NCBI GenBank assembly: GCA_965243135.1
Contig: OZ251539.1
Location: 4,768,001-4,832,000, forward strand
Origin: Alphaproteobacteria bacterium
GTDB lineage: Bacteria; Pseudomonadota; Alphaproteobacteria; MPNO01; UBA830
DNA: 64,000 bases
Direction of reading: 5' to 3'
Below, piece after piece: positions 40,638 to 50,413 of the stretch. The notes under the pieces are model-generated. The model saw only the letters and a list, made by a program, of their open reading frames with translations, was not told where the DNA came from and did no database searches. Each line of letters starts with the position of its first letter. The first letter of the stretch is position 1. The translations under genes and the position numbers were made by a program.

Positions 40638-41507
40638 ATGCGGGTCGCGGCGCCGGCCAAGATCAATCTCTTTCTGAACGTGACCGGCCGTCGAGAGGAC
40701 GGATTCCATCTGTTGCAGAGCCTCGTCGCCTTCGCGGACACAGGCGACGGACTGGCCGTCCGGCGCGACGCGGAGTTGAGGCTTTCCATCGACGGACCGT
40801 TCGCGGCGGATCTGGACGCGAACGACAACATCGTCCTTCGCGCCGCAAGGGCGCTGCGGCCCGCCGCCGGCGCGCGCCTGCGGCTCACCAAAAACCTGCC
40901 CGTCGCCTCCGGACTCGGCGGCGGTTCGTCCGACGCCGCCGCCGCGTTGCGCCTGCTCTCGCGGCTCTGGGAAATCCATTCCCCGGATCTGCCCGCGCTC
41001 GGGCTGGAACTGGGCGCCGACGTGCCGGCCTGCCTGGCCGCGCGAACGTCCCTGGTATCGGGAATCGGCGAGATCGTCGAACCCGTGGCTCCGCTGCCGG
41101 ATTGCGGCGTGGTCTTGGCGAACGCCGGCGCGCCGGTATCGACCGCCGCGGTCTTCGCGGCGAGGAGAGGCGAATTCTCGGAGCCGACGGCCTGGCGTCC
41201 GCCTCGCGACCTCGACGAGCTCGTCGCCCGGCTCGCGATCTCGGAAAACGACCTCTTCGACGCGGCGGTATCGATAGCGCCGGCAATCGCCGACGTACTG
41301 GATTCGCTCGAGCGAGCTCCATCGTGCCTGCTTGCGCGCATGTCCGGGAGCGGCGGCGCCTGTTTCGCGCTGTTTCCCGACCTGACGGCGGCGACCGAGG
41401 CGGCGCGCGCCCTGAAAGCCGATCATCCGCCATGGTGGGTGGCCGCCTCGCGGTTTCGCAGCCATCCGCCGGGGATCCAGGCTCTCCGAAGGCCGTTCCC
41501 GTCTTGA
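40638..41507 (+). CDS. ispE: 4-diphosphocytidyl-2C-methyl-D-erythritol kinase
   Basis: APAKINLFL, KNLPVASGLGGGSSDAA, LGADVP, RMSGSG. Confidence 0.96.
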   Translation: MRVAAPAKINLFLNVTGRREDGFHLLQSLVAFADTGDGLAVRRDAELRLSIDGPFAADLDANDNIVLRAARALRPAAGARLRLTKNLPVASGLGGGSSDAAAALRLLSRLWEIHSPDLPALGLELGADVPACLAARTSLVSGIGEIVEPVAPLPDCGVVLANAGAPVSTAAVFAARRGEFSEPTAWRPPRDLDELVARLAISENDLFDAAVSIAPAIADVLDSLERAPSCLLARMSGSGGACFALFPDLTAATEAARALKADHPPWWVAASRFRSHPPGIQALRRPFPS

Positions 41508-41649
41508 TTCCAACGGATTCCGGCGCGACAGCGCGTTGGCGCGAAATCGCGGCAGGCCTGTCCCACGCGGCGTCGCTCTCCCGACCAACCGGCCGCAAAC
41601 GGCGGTCCGACACGCGAGGAATTTTTTGCGGCGAGGCCTCTCCAGACGT

Positions 41650-42018
41650 TCAGGAGCCAGCGGCCGAGGGCCGTCCGGCCCTGTCTTCGCGCCTCGACGC
41701 CTGCATCGCGGTGCGGGCCCTGGGGAAGCATGCGCGCTTCGTGGATCCGTCTGCTGGCAGCCGGGGCGAGCCGCGGGGCGTCGGCTGGGCGACCGGCCAA
41801 AAAATGGTGAGTTCCCGGAGTTTTTTCGGCCCGAGGAATCTGGTGCCTATGAACAGGTAGCCGGCCGTCGGCGTATGACCCTCTCTTTTCAGAACGCAGG
41901 CACCTTGCATGGACTCGCCTTTGTACACGTCGTAGTGAACGTAATCGCCCTCGGTGTCCTCGCGGATACGGACGAGGATGTCCGTAATCATCGTCCCGTC
42001 TTCCATCATCATCGTCAT
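41650..42018 (-). CDS. Hypothetical protein
   Basis: ATG overlaps the stop of the upstream pseudogene (ATGA); protein-like N-terminal half; no family recognised. Confidence 0.4.
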   Translation of the reverse strand: MTMMMEDGTMITDILVRIREDTEGDYVHYDVYKGESMQGACVLKREGHTPTAGYLFIGTRFLGPKKLRELTIFWPVAQPTPRGSPRLPADGSTKRACFPRARTAMQASRREDRAGRPSAAGS

Positions 42019-42501
42019 TCTCCCTTGCATCCTTTGTCGTAAGCGGCTTTCGTTCCTCTCAGGTCGTAGTCGAAGTACACATAGCCTTTCCGGAAGTAGT
42101 ACACGGCAAGAAATAGCCGATCATGGTCTCCGCTAACGATCTGGCGGTAAACTGGATCGTCGAAAGTAAACATCGTCAGCATCTGCAGGCCGGGACCCAG
42201 AAGAACATCGCCTTGATCGCCTGTTCTCGGTCGATTCTCAGCTGCTACATGGATTCTTTACGGCCGTAGAGATCGAAGCAAGCATTGCCGACATTCAGAT
42301 AGTCGAAATAGAAGAGAGGACTCATCTATCCGCACTTAAGCACCAGGCGCGACGAGATGGACTTGCTGGTCGTCTCTGGCGACATGACCAACACCGTCTC
42401 TTTGTCGGTCATCCGGTGTCGGTAACGATCAATGTCCCACTCATCCGCCTTCGTCGATGTCGTCAACAGGACGCCAACGGCCAGCAAAATCTTCAGTTTC
42501 T

Positions 42502-44418
42502 GTGCGCCGTGGAAAGGCGCTTTCTTCTGGTGGGTGCGAATCCCACCCAACAACTGTCGTTCCGGTTGGTAGCAGCCAGGGCGGTTTACGGAGGTAACGA
42601 TGTAGGCTGAAGCACTCTGGAAATGGGCGGCGAAGGCCGCTCAGCGAACATGCGGGCCGAAACGCGAGTGAACCAGGCCTCGAAACATGTAATGCGGAAG
42701 CTGACCCTCCGGAAACTAGGGGAAAGCCGCCGACGGTCGGGAAGAGAACGACAAGAGCACCGACCGTTTCCGCCGGGGTAATGATGTCGGCACGCATGAA
42801 AGATGAAGGAAGCAGCAACACGGGAAGCCCTGTCGGTGACGCGCATGAGTCAACCGGAACCCCGCGAGGGGCAGGCCGGGCCGGCAGGGTGGCGGAGAGG
42901 CCCGTAGTACCGGAGAAGCCGGGTAATGCCGGTGGAGGAAAGGGGCCTTGGGTCGAGAGAAGCGTTGGAAGGAAGAAAGGACCTGGCAAAAGCCTAGCAG
43001 CCTCGGAGAAAGTTCGGAGACTCCAGACAACGTTACAAGCGAAGGAATCCCCGAGCCTTCGGTTCTACTCGCTATGCGACAAGGTATGGAGCTACGAAGT
43101 GCTGTTCACTGCCTGGCAGGACGTCCGTCGAAACAGAGGGACCGCCGGGACGGACGGAACGACGATAGCGAATATCGAAGCGCAAGGAGTGGACCAATGG
43201 CTTGAGGAACTGGCACGGGACTTGAAAGAAGGAACCTACCGACCGACCGCGGTACGGCAAGTTCTGATCCCAAAGAAACAGCGCGGAAAATTCCGGCCCC
43301 TGGGCATCCCCTGCATACGGGACAGGGTGGCGCAAACGGCGGCGATGCTCGTCGCCGATCTTCGAAGCCGACCTGCAACCGGAGCAGTATGCCTACAGAC
43401 CGGAAAGAGGCGCACTCGACGCGGTCAATCGGGTGCACCAGTTGCTGAGACAAGGCCACCACGAGGTGGTGGACGCGGACCTGTCCGACTACTTCGGCCC
43501 CTCATGCGGAACTGATGAAGTCCGTCGCCCGTCGCGTAAGCGATGGACGAATGCTGGGCATGGCTGGAAATGGCGGTGGAAGAGGACGACGGCAAAGGCG
43601 GCAAACGCCGCACGAACCGGGCGCGTAGGGAAAGGAAAGGCACTCCGCAAGGAGCACCGATCTCCCCTTTACTCAGCAACATCTACATGCGTCGTTTCAT
43701 TCTGGGCTGGAAGGTATTGGGCTACGCTCGAAACTTCTGCGCGAAGATCGTCAACTGGACAGCGTAGTGCTCGGCAAAGCGCCGGCCAGCAAGATGCTGG
43801 CGGCAGTCGAAGCACTCATGAAAAGGTTGAAACTGCCGATAAACGCGGAGAAGGCTTACAGGTACCCGAGAAACCACTGGAATACCTTGGGTACCGAATT
43901 GGACGCAACTACCGACGGAACACGGGACGATCCTATATTGGAACGCGCCCAAACCCGGCAAGCGTCCAGAGCATAAGCCAACGGATCAGTGAAATGACGG
44001 CACGAAAGAACGGACAGCTCGAACCGGACGAGATAGTAAAACGCCTCAACAGGGTAATAACTGGATGGGGAAACTATTTCGTACTGGGACAAGTTAGCCC
44101 CGCCTATGCCGCCGTCGATCGACACGCAACCCGTCGGCTGCGCCAATGGCTCTGTCGCAAGCACAAGGTGCGTAAAGGAAAGTATGCGCGCTTTCCAGAC
44201 AAATACCTATACGAAATAGGTCTTACGCGCCTTACACCGCGAACGAAGAGCTTTCCGTGGGCGAAGGCATGATCTCGACCGAAGCGCGGGAAATCCGCAC
44301 GTCCGGTTTGACGAGCGGGGACTGGAAACGTGGCCATGGGAGCCGGACTGAGGCCCGAAGCGAAAGCGACGGAACATCCACCGGACCCTAAAGCTAACGC
44401 GCCAGTCCTCGACTCTAC
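42502..44418 (+). mobile_element. Group II intron (decayed)
   Basis: 5' GTGCG at 42502; domain V-like GCGGGAAATCCGCACGTCCGGTTTGACGAGCGGGG near 44285; 3' end ...GACTCTAC; boundaries supported by rejoining of the host ORF. Confidence 0.9.
42990..44272 (+). pseudogene. ltrA: Group II intron reverse transcriptase/maturase, multiply frameshifted
   Basis: RFYSLCDKV, AGTDG, IPK..GKFRPLGIPCIRDRVAQTA, VVDADLSDYF, GTPQGAPISPLLSNIY, GWGNYF in different frames; YADD missing after KIVN. Confidence 0.9.
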
Positions 44419-44492
44419 TCATCGTCTTTCTTCCTTGGTTGGTTACGGGGCCGGGAGTTGGACCCGATTTTCTGGCTTATGAGACCAGCGAC

Positions 44493-44969
44493 TTACCGTC
44501 TGTCTCCCCTGCGTCGCGACAATTTGCTATGTATCCATTTCGTCAAATCCGGAAACGTATCTCTTCTATCAAGCATGTTAAACACGGACCTAGGTTCCGG
44601 TTCATACTGATAGAGACAACCGGATTTGTCAGATGCTTTCACAAGCCCGATCTCATAACCTATCCACGCTGTATTGAGATCAGCGTGTCCCTTCACGACC
44701 TGCACATCGCATCGAGAGATCACATCGGCAATGTACTTCGCTAATGTCCGTTCGTCCTGCTCTGCGGTCATAATATGCTGAGACGGCAGGCTGTATTTCG
44801 ATTTCATCCATTCTCGATATGCCTGCGCCGAGGAGCCGACGATCTTGTTTGTCTTCGGATCCCAAATAGCGCTGTAGACCTTGAAACCCTCATCTCTCAT
44901 TTTCGAGACAAGGATTGGCGCATCTCCATCTTGGGTACGGTGCGTCAGAAAAACATTGTAGCGTTCCAT
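44493..44969 (-). CDS. TIR-like domain protein
   Basis: YNVFLTHRTQD first strand and AWIGYEIG (catalytic-Glu-like motif); strong GGGAGGAG RBS; lower GC. Confidence 0.65.
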   Translation of the reverse strand: MERYNVFLTHRTQDGDAPILVSKMRDEGFKVYSAIWDPKTNKIVGSSAQAYREWMKSKYSLPSQHIMTAEQDERTLAKYIADVISRCDVQVVKGHADLNTAWIGYEIGLVKASDKSGCLYQYEPEPRSVFNMLDRRDTFPDLTKWIHSKLSRRRGDRR

Positions 44970-44990
44970 CTCGGTCTCCTCCCTTTCTCT

Positions 44991-45195
44991 GGTACATCCC
45001 CGCGGGTGCGGGGAACGCTCGCGGAAACGCGCCCTGTTGCATCATTTCGGAGCTACATCCCCGCGGGTGCGGGGAACGCTGGTATCCCGACAGCGCGACG
45101 GCGGCTTTCGACGCTACGTCCCCGCGGGTGCGGGGAATGCGCCCGATCGTCGCCGCGCACGAACGGCCCGTCGGGTACATCCCCGCGGGGAAAGC
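44991..45195 (-). CRISPR. Orphan type I-E-like CRISPR mini-array: 4 repeats, 3 spacers
   Basis: Repeats G(G/C)TAC(A/G)TCCCCGCGGGTGCGGGGAA(C/T)GC at 44991, 45052, 45113 and a shortened copy at 45174; 61-bp period; three unique 33-bp intervals; reverse complement resembles the I-E repeat. Confidence 0.88.
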
Positions 45196-45379
45196 TGACG
45201 AATCACGCGTCAGCGGTCGTCGTCGCCGAACTTCACGTCCGACGCTTCGGCGTAGAACACCGAACGTTCCGCGCCGGGCGCGTGGTGTACGGCGCAAATG
45301 CCCCGAAAATGCGTTATACTGCATCGCGCTTATCTAAAAGGCCTCTCCTTCGCCGAGGGGAAGGGGGGCAAAGGGGGGC

Positions 45380-48300
45380 ATGGCGATGGCTTTGAAACAT
45401 TTGCGCGCCGCGGTTGTCTGCGCGGCGTTTCCGCTCTTCCTTCCCGCGCCGGACGAGGCGCGGGCACAGGCGGCTTACGAATGCCAGGCTTCGGGGCAGC
45501 CCAACAACGCAGGGGCGATCTCCTGCGCGGACCAGGCGTGGACGAGCGGCATCGCGCACGCTATCAGCTCCTCCGCCGCGTCTCTCTCGCTCACCGTCGG
45601 AGGCGGCGCAGCGACCACGGTCACGGCAGCTAACGCTAACGCAGGCATCGGGCTGGGGACTGGATCCTCGACCTCCGCCGTCGGCGACCTGACCCTCACG
45701 GTCGGCAGCGCGGGCGAGGTCGCGGTTGTGGAGGACAGCCTCGCGAGCCACGGCATCCATATGCTTCAGCGAGGCGGCGGCGCGACCACGGCGGACGTCA
45801 GGAGCGGCGTCACGATCGGAACCGCGACCACTCCGCTGAGGAATCGCGGCATCTCTCTCGAGCTGAACAGGGACGCCGCCAACAGAGGCGGCGGCGCAGC
45901 GAGCCTGACGAGCGGGGCCGCGATCCATGCCGCCCACCAAGGGCTTTACGTCTGGAGGTCGTCCACTGCCCAGACCGGCGCGGCGACGACCATCGTCAAC
46001 ACGGGCGCCATCAGCTCGGGCGTCGGCAACGCTGCCAGCACCCAAACGGGCAACCTTCGGCCGCACGGCATCGTTCTCAGCGTCGAGACGCCCGACGACG
46101 GCAGCAGCGACGGCGACGCCAAGATCACCAATTCGGGCGGCATTACGGTCTCGGGCGGCTATGACGGCATCCGCATGAACTACGACGCCTTCGGCGACGC
46201 CGAGGTGGACAACCGGGTCGGCGGAGACATCACGGCGACGGCGGCGGGCGGAAGGGGCATCGCGCTCCTGTACAGCCAGAGTTCCGGCACCGCAAGGATC
46301 AAGAACGCCGCCACCATCAACGCGGCCGGCGACGCCGCCGAGGACGACGACGATAGCGGCGCCATCTACCTGAAAAATAGCGGCGCCAGCGCCAGCGCCG
46401 TATTCATCGAGAACAGCGGCGACGTCACGGCGACGGCCGCCAGCGCCATCTATACGTATGCGCAAAACGGGGCCGTCAGCGTGACCAACAGCGGGGATCT
46501 TTCGGCGTCGGGGGAGGGGGGTCGCGGGATCCACGTGTGGAACGAGGGCGACGGTGCCGTGACGGTCACGAGCAGCGGCGGCGAGATCGAGTCGGCGGCT
46601 GCGGAAGGCCTCTATGTTCTAAGCGAAGACACGGGCAACGGTCAGGTGAAGATCACCCAAGCCGGGGCGATTCGGGGCCGCACGGGCGTTTACGCCCAAG
46701 TGGCGCACAGCACCACCGCCGCGACGGTCGCGCAGCGGGCGGCGACGGACCAACCGCTGATCGACATCGCCTGGACGGGCGCGTCCGGGAAGACCGCCGC
46801 GACCGCTTCCGACGACACTGGTCGTTTCGCTGCGACCGCCCTTGACCGGGCGGCCGTCGACGTCCATCGAGGAGCCGTGGTCGAGAAGGTTACGCGCTAC
46901 GGTCAGGCGGCGGGAATCGAGGCGCGGATCATGAGCATCGGCGATGTGGCGACCTTCGTGGCGAATGGCGACGACCCGTTGGAACTAATGAGCCAGGACG
47001 CCCAGACCGCCCTTCTGACCGGCATGAGTCCGGGCGACGTGACAGCCAGTCCGGGAACCGAGGCGCGCAAGGCAGCGATCGTGAAGCAGTTCCGGAAACT
47101 GGTCGAAGCTGAGGATTTCGTATCGATTACCGACCGGGACGACATCGACAACAATCCGAAGGACGGAACTTACGAGGACGAAGAGATCCTGAACTGGTTG
47201 GGATTTAACAGCCCCGAACGCCGGACTTTCTTGCGCGATCTCCTTCGGCAAGGACTTTCCGAGGGCGTAGACGAGAACGTAGACGAGGGCGAAAAAAAGA
47301 TTCTCGAGGAGCTGACGACGGGAGGCAACCTGGGCCCGTTGTTTGACCTCCTGCCCACCTTCCAAGGTGTCTCCTGGTACAGCGATGCTTGGAAAGAGGG
47401 TGTGCGGGCGTTTCTGCGCCGGTACAATGTCGGGAATATCCGCATCTCGGTGAACGCTGGCGACATCTCCTCTCGGGGCGACGGAATCCGCGCCTACTAC
47501 GCGACGCCCCACCCGAACAACGGGGCCATCTCCATCACCGTCGCCGCTGGCGCGAGCGTGACCGGCGGCAAAGCGGGCATCTGGGTCGCCAACGCCGGCA
47601 GCTACGACGAGAACGACGGCCTCAACGCCGGATTGCACAAGCAGCACGTCACGGTGCATGGCACGGTGAGGGGCGGAACTGACGCGGCCGTGCATCTGGT
47701 GGGCGGCGGCTTCCTCACCGTCGGAGAAACAGGCGAGATCCGTGCCGGCCAGTCCGGGAAGGCGATCCTAGTCAACGATCCGGGACCGGCGCGGATCGTC
47801 ATCAACGGCTTGGTGCGCGGCGGTGTCGGCGCTGGTGCCAACGCGGTACCCGCGGTGAATCTGACCGGTGCCGGTCACAGTCTGACGATCGGCCTGACGG
47901 GAAGAGTGGTGCTCAATGAAGGGGCCGAACTTGCGATCCGCGGCGACGGCACGGACGTGATTATCTACGTCCTTCGCGATCCCAGAGAAGTGCAAGATTG
48001 GATCTCGCGGCAGAGCGCCGAAAAAGCCGTGAGGCGGGGGCTGGGGGTGACGGGCCTCATCATCGGTGATGGAACCACGAGCACCACCTTCACCGAGTGG
48101 GAAGAGGGGGTGAATGGACCGATGAGAACAGGCTTCAGAGAGCCCGTTCCTTTGGTGAAGGGCAGACCGGATACGTTGGAGTTGGATCCCTGGAGGCTCC
48201 GCGATAACGGCGGCGGAGACGGAGGCGACGGAAACCAAGGCGGCGGAGACGGAGGCGACGGAAACCAAGGCGGCGGAGACGGAGGCCGCGACCGGCCGCG

Positions 48301-49213
48301 TCCGTTCAGCTGCTACCAGGTTGAACGATGCAGGCTATACGAGGCGCTGCCTTCGATCCTCTTGGCGATGAACGCGCCGGCGACCCGGGACGAACGTCTG
48401 GCGGCGGCGCGCAGCGGCAACGGCGTATGGACTCGGATCCACCTCTCCGACGGCAGGTCGAAGGTCGAATCCTCGACGCGGCCGGACGTCGCCTACGACA
48501 AGCAGCGGAACGGCGTGCGCGCAGGGATCGAAACCGCGATCGCGGACAGCTTGCGAGTCGGCGGGTCGATTCACGGCTTTCGCGGCGTGGCGACGCTGTC
48601 CGGGGGAAACGAGGCGAAACTGTCGAGCGCCGGAGCGGGAGCTTATCTCACGGCGCTGGCGGGCGGTTTCCACTGGGACATGCAGGCGACGGCGACGCGG
48701 TACGAGGCGGACCTGAAGTCGCCGCTCCTCCGTCGCCAACCGCTGGCAAGCGACGTGTCGGGAACGGGTTACGCCATGACCGTGGAAGTGGGGCGGCGCA
48801 TGACGACGGCGCCGGACGTTTCCGTCACGCCGCGCGTCGGGCTCGTCTGGTCGCGGGTTTCCCTTGACGACTTCACGGACTCGGTCCGCAGTACCGCTGT
48901 ATCGGTGGAGTCGGCGGAGAGCATGTCGGGCCGCGCCGGCGCGGCGATGGAGGCGTCGCTCGGCGAAACCGTAAACGGCCGGATGTTCGCCACGTTCGAC
49001 GTGCAGCATGCGTTCTCGACCGAAATGGAGACCGTGGTGGAGGAAGAGGTGCTGAAGACGACGACGACCGAGCGGACGTCGGTGCGCTTCGGGCTTGGCG
49101 GCTCGTTCGACCTCGACGACGCCACGTCGCTTCGGGTCTCGGCCGATTACATGCGAGCGGGCGGCGGCAACCGCGAACTCGGCGGCAGCGTGAACCTGAC
49201 CTTCCAATTCTGA
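45380..49213 (+). CDS. Autotransporter (type Va) adhesin-like outer-membrane protein
   Basis: Signal peptide, G/A/T/N-rich beta-helix-like passenger, C-terminal beta-barrel ending in NLTFQF. Confidence 0.88.
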   Translation: MAMALKHLRAAVVCAAFPLFLPAPDEARAQAAYECQASGQPNNAGAISCADQAWTSGIAHAISSSAASLSLTVGGGAATTVTAANANAGIGLGTGSSTSAVGDLTLTVGSAGEVAVVEDSLASHGIHMLQRGGGATTADVRSGVTIGTATTPLRNRGISLELNRDAANRGGGAASLTSGAAIHAAHQGLYVWRSSTAQTGAATTIVNTGAISSGVGNAASTQTGNLRPHGIVLSVETPDDGSSDGDAKITNSGGITVSGGYDGIRMNYDAFGDAEVDNRVGGDITATAAGGRGIALLYSQSSGTARIKNAATINAAGDAAEDDDDSGAIYLKNSGASASAVFIENSGDVTATAASAIYTYAQNGAVSVTNSGDLSASGEGGRGIHVWNEGDGAVTVTSSGGEIESAAAEGLYVLSEDTGNGQVKITQAGAIRGRTGVYAQVAHSTTAATVAQRAATDQPLIDIAWTGASGKTAATASDDTGRFAATALDRAAVDVHRGAVVEKVTRYGQAAGIEARIMSIGDVATFVANGDDPLELMSQDAQTALLTGMSPGDVTASPGTEARKAAIVKQFRKLVEAEDFVSITDRDDIDNNPKDGTYEDEEILNWLGFNSPERRTFLRDLLRQGLSEGVDENVDEGEKKILEELTTGGNLGPLFDLLPTFQGVSWYSDAWKEGVRAFLRRYNVGNIRISVNAGDISSRGDGIRAYYATPHPNNGAISITVAAGASVTGGKAGIWVANAGSYDENDGLNAGLHKQHVTVHGTVRGGTDAAVHLVGGGFLTVGETGEIRAGQSGKAILVNDPGPARIVINGLVRGGVGAGANAVPAVNLTGAGHSLTIGLTGRVVLNEGAELAIRGDGTDVIIYVLRDPREVQDWISRQSAEKAVRRGLGVTGLIIGDGTTSTTFTEWEEGVNGPMRTGFREPVPLVKGRPDTLELDPWRLRDNGGGDGGDGNQGGGDGGDGNQGGGDGGRDRPRPFSCYQVERCRLYEALPSILLAMNAPATRDERLAAARSGNGVWTRIHLSDGRSKVESSTRPDVAYDKQRNGVRAGIETAIADSLRVGGSIHGFRGVATLSGGNEAKLSSAGAGAYLTALAGGFHWDMQATATRYEADLKSPLLRRQPLASDVSGTGYAMTVEVGRRMTTAPDVSVTPRVGLVWSRVSLDDFTDSVRSTAVSVESAESMSGRAGAAMEASLGETVNGRMFATFDVQHAFSTEMETVVEEEVLKTTTTERTSVRFGLGGSFDLDDATSLRVSADYMRAGGGNRELGGSVNLTFQF
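48209..48286 (+). repeat. 30-bp tandem repeat (GGGDGGDGNQ, about 2.6 copies) in the autotransporter linker
   Basis: GGCGGCGGAGACGGAGGCGACGGAAACCAA repeated perfectly. Confidence 0.92.
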
Positions 49214-49540
49214 CGGGGCTGCTAGCGGCGAATGCGCGGCGCTTTTCCGCTGTCCGGCCCGCGCCCGGAACGCGTCCCGCGGCGCATCCGGCGCTGCAGG
49301 TTCCGCCGCGAAAAGCTTGGTTTGAGGCGTTGCGGGGTCGGCCTCCCGGACGGGACCGGCAGGAAAATGCGGCCCTCGTTTGGCGGACTTTCGCGGACAA
49401 GCGCGTTCGAACTCGACGAAGCGCCTGATTCGGAAAACGGAACTCACGCGCGAACATGCTCGATCTTGACGAGAAACGTTCGCCTGCGGAGTTCGCCGAA
49501 AGGAAGATGACATGCGCGGAGCGACAAAAGGGATAGCAAG

Positions 49541-49928
49541 ATGAAGACGTGCAACTTGTTTATCAGCCACTCGTGGACATACGGGAACGCATATCGGAGA
49601 CTTGTGCTCGATTCCAGAAGTTATTTTCGTTACAGGAATTATTCCGTGCCGAAGGACGATCCCGTACATAATGCGGGAACGGACAGGATGTTTGCGATCC
49701 GGAAGAAAATTTCGCCGTGCAGCGCAGTATTGATGCTTGCAGGCGTCTACTCCACTTAATGGATAAACAAGGAAATCGCGCAAGAAAGAGTTCCTTAATC
49801 CGAAACCAATAATCGCGATAGAGCCTTGGGGAAGCAAAAAGACGTCTCGGGTTGTCAAGGACAACGCGGACAGGATAGTGAAGTGGAATAAAGACAGTGT
49901 CGTGCGCGCCATAAGGGAATTGCGCTGA
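49541..49928 (+). pseudogene. MTH538/ThsB-like TIR domain gene, degraded
   Basis: NLFISHSWTY, YSVPKDDPVHNA, LAGVYST*, then in other frames WINKEI and KPIIAIEPWGSKKTS.VVKDNADRIVKWN.DSVVRAIRELR*. Confidence 0.85.
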
Positions 49929-49942
49929 CGGAGGGCGGAAGA

Positions 49943-50413
49943 ATGGACGACGACAAGGATGCGGGAGGCGGCGAGCGCGAATTGCTCGAGATATACAAGC
50001 TTCACGTCGAGATGACGGATCGGGTAAGCCAGAGGAGAGAAGGGGCCAACAGGCTGTTCGTGACGTTGTTGAGCGCCATAGTGATTTTGGTGGCCGCCGT
50101 CATGAGATTCGGGCAAGGAACCATGCCGACGAATCTTGCGGTGGTTGTCGTCGCGGCGACGGGTTTTCTTCTGGCGGCGGCATGGTACGTCACGATCAGA
50201 TCCTACCGGCAGCTGAATACCGGAAAATTCGCGGTGATCCACGAGATGGAGGATCGGCTCCCGTTTTCGTTCTACAAGCGGGAATGGGAATTATTGGAGG
50301 AAGGAAAGAACAAGGGAAAATACTGGAAACTTACCGTTGTGGAAACGTTCGGCCCGATAATTTTTGCGATATTGTTTGCCGCAATCGGCATATTGTCGCT
50401 CTGCGGGCATTGA
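49943..50413 (+). CDS. Small 3-TM membrane protein, RipA/octameric-membrane-protein-like putative effector
   Basis: LEIYKLHVEMTDRVSQRR..AN..F, W...IRSYRQLNTGKF.VIHEME..LP...Y..EW; GGAGG RBS; directly after the TIR gene. Confidence 0.72.
   Translation: MDDDKDAGGGERELLEIYKLHVEMTDRVSQRREGANRLFVTLLSAIVILVAAVMRFGQGTMPTNLAVVVVAATGFLLAAAWYVTIRSYRQLNTGKFAVIHEMEDRLPFSFYKREWELLEEGKNKGKYWKLTVVETFGPIIFAILFAAIGILSLCGH

Larger units (their letters stand above)
42015..44422 (-). pseudogene. Exported protein gene split by a group II intron and frameshifted
   Basis: Removing 42502-44418 restores MKKLKILLAVGVLLTTSTKADEW (signal peptide) behind a GGAAG RBS; the tail ...YVYFDYDLRGTKAAYDKGCKGE* ends at 42015. 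Confidence 0.72.

Noticed and set aside
42781-44272. RT near a CRISPR array as a possible RT-Cas1, retron or DGR
   Set aside because: It has group II intron termini, domain V and a maturase region, is inactivated, and there is no cas1 or TR/VR pair.
45019-45173. Self-targeting by the spacers (spacer 3 partly resembles sequence near 29685)
   Set aside because: Only a short GC-rich match, compatible with chance; no convincing protospacer found by eye.
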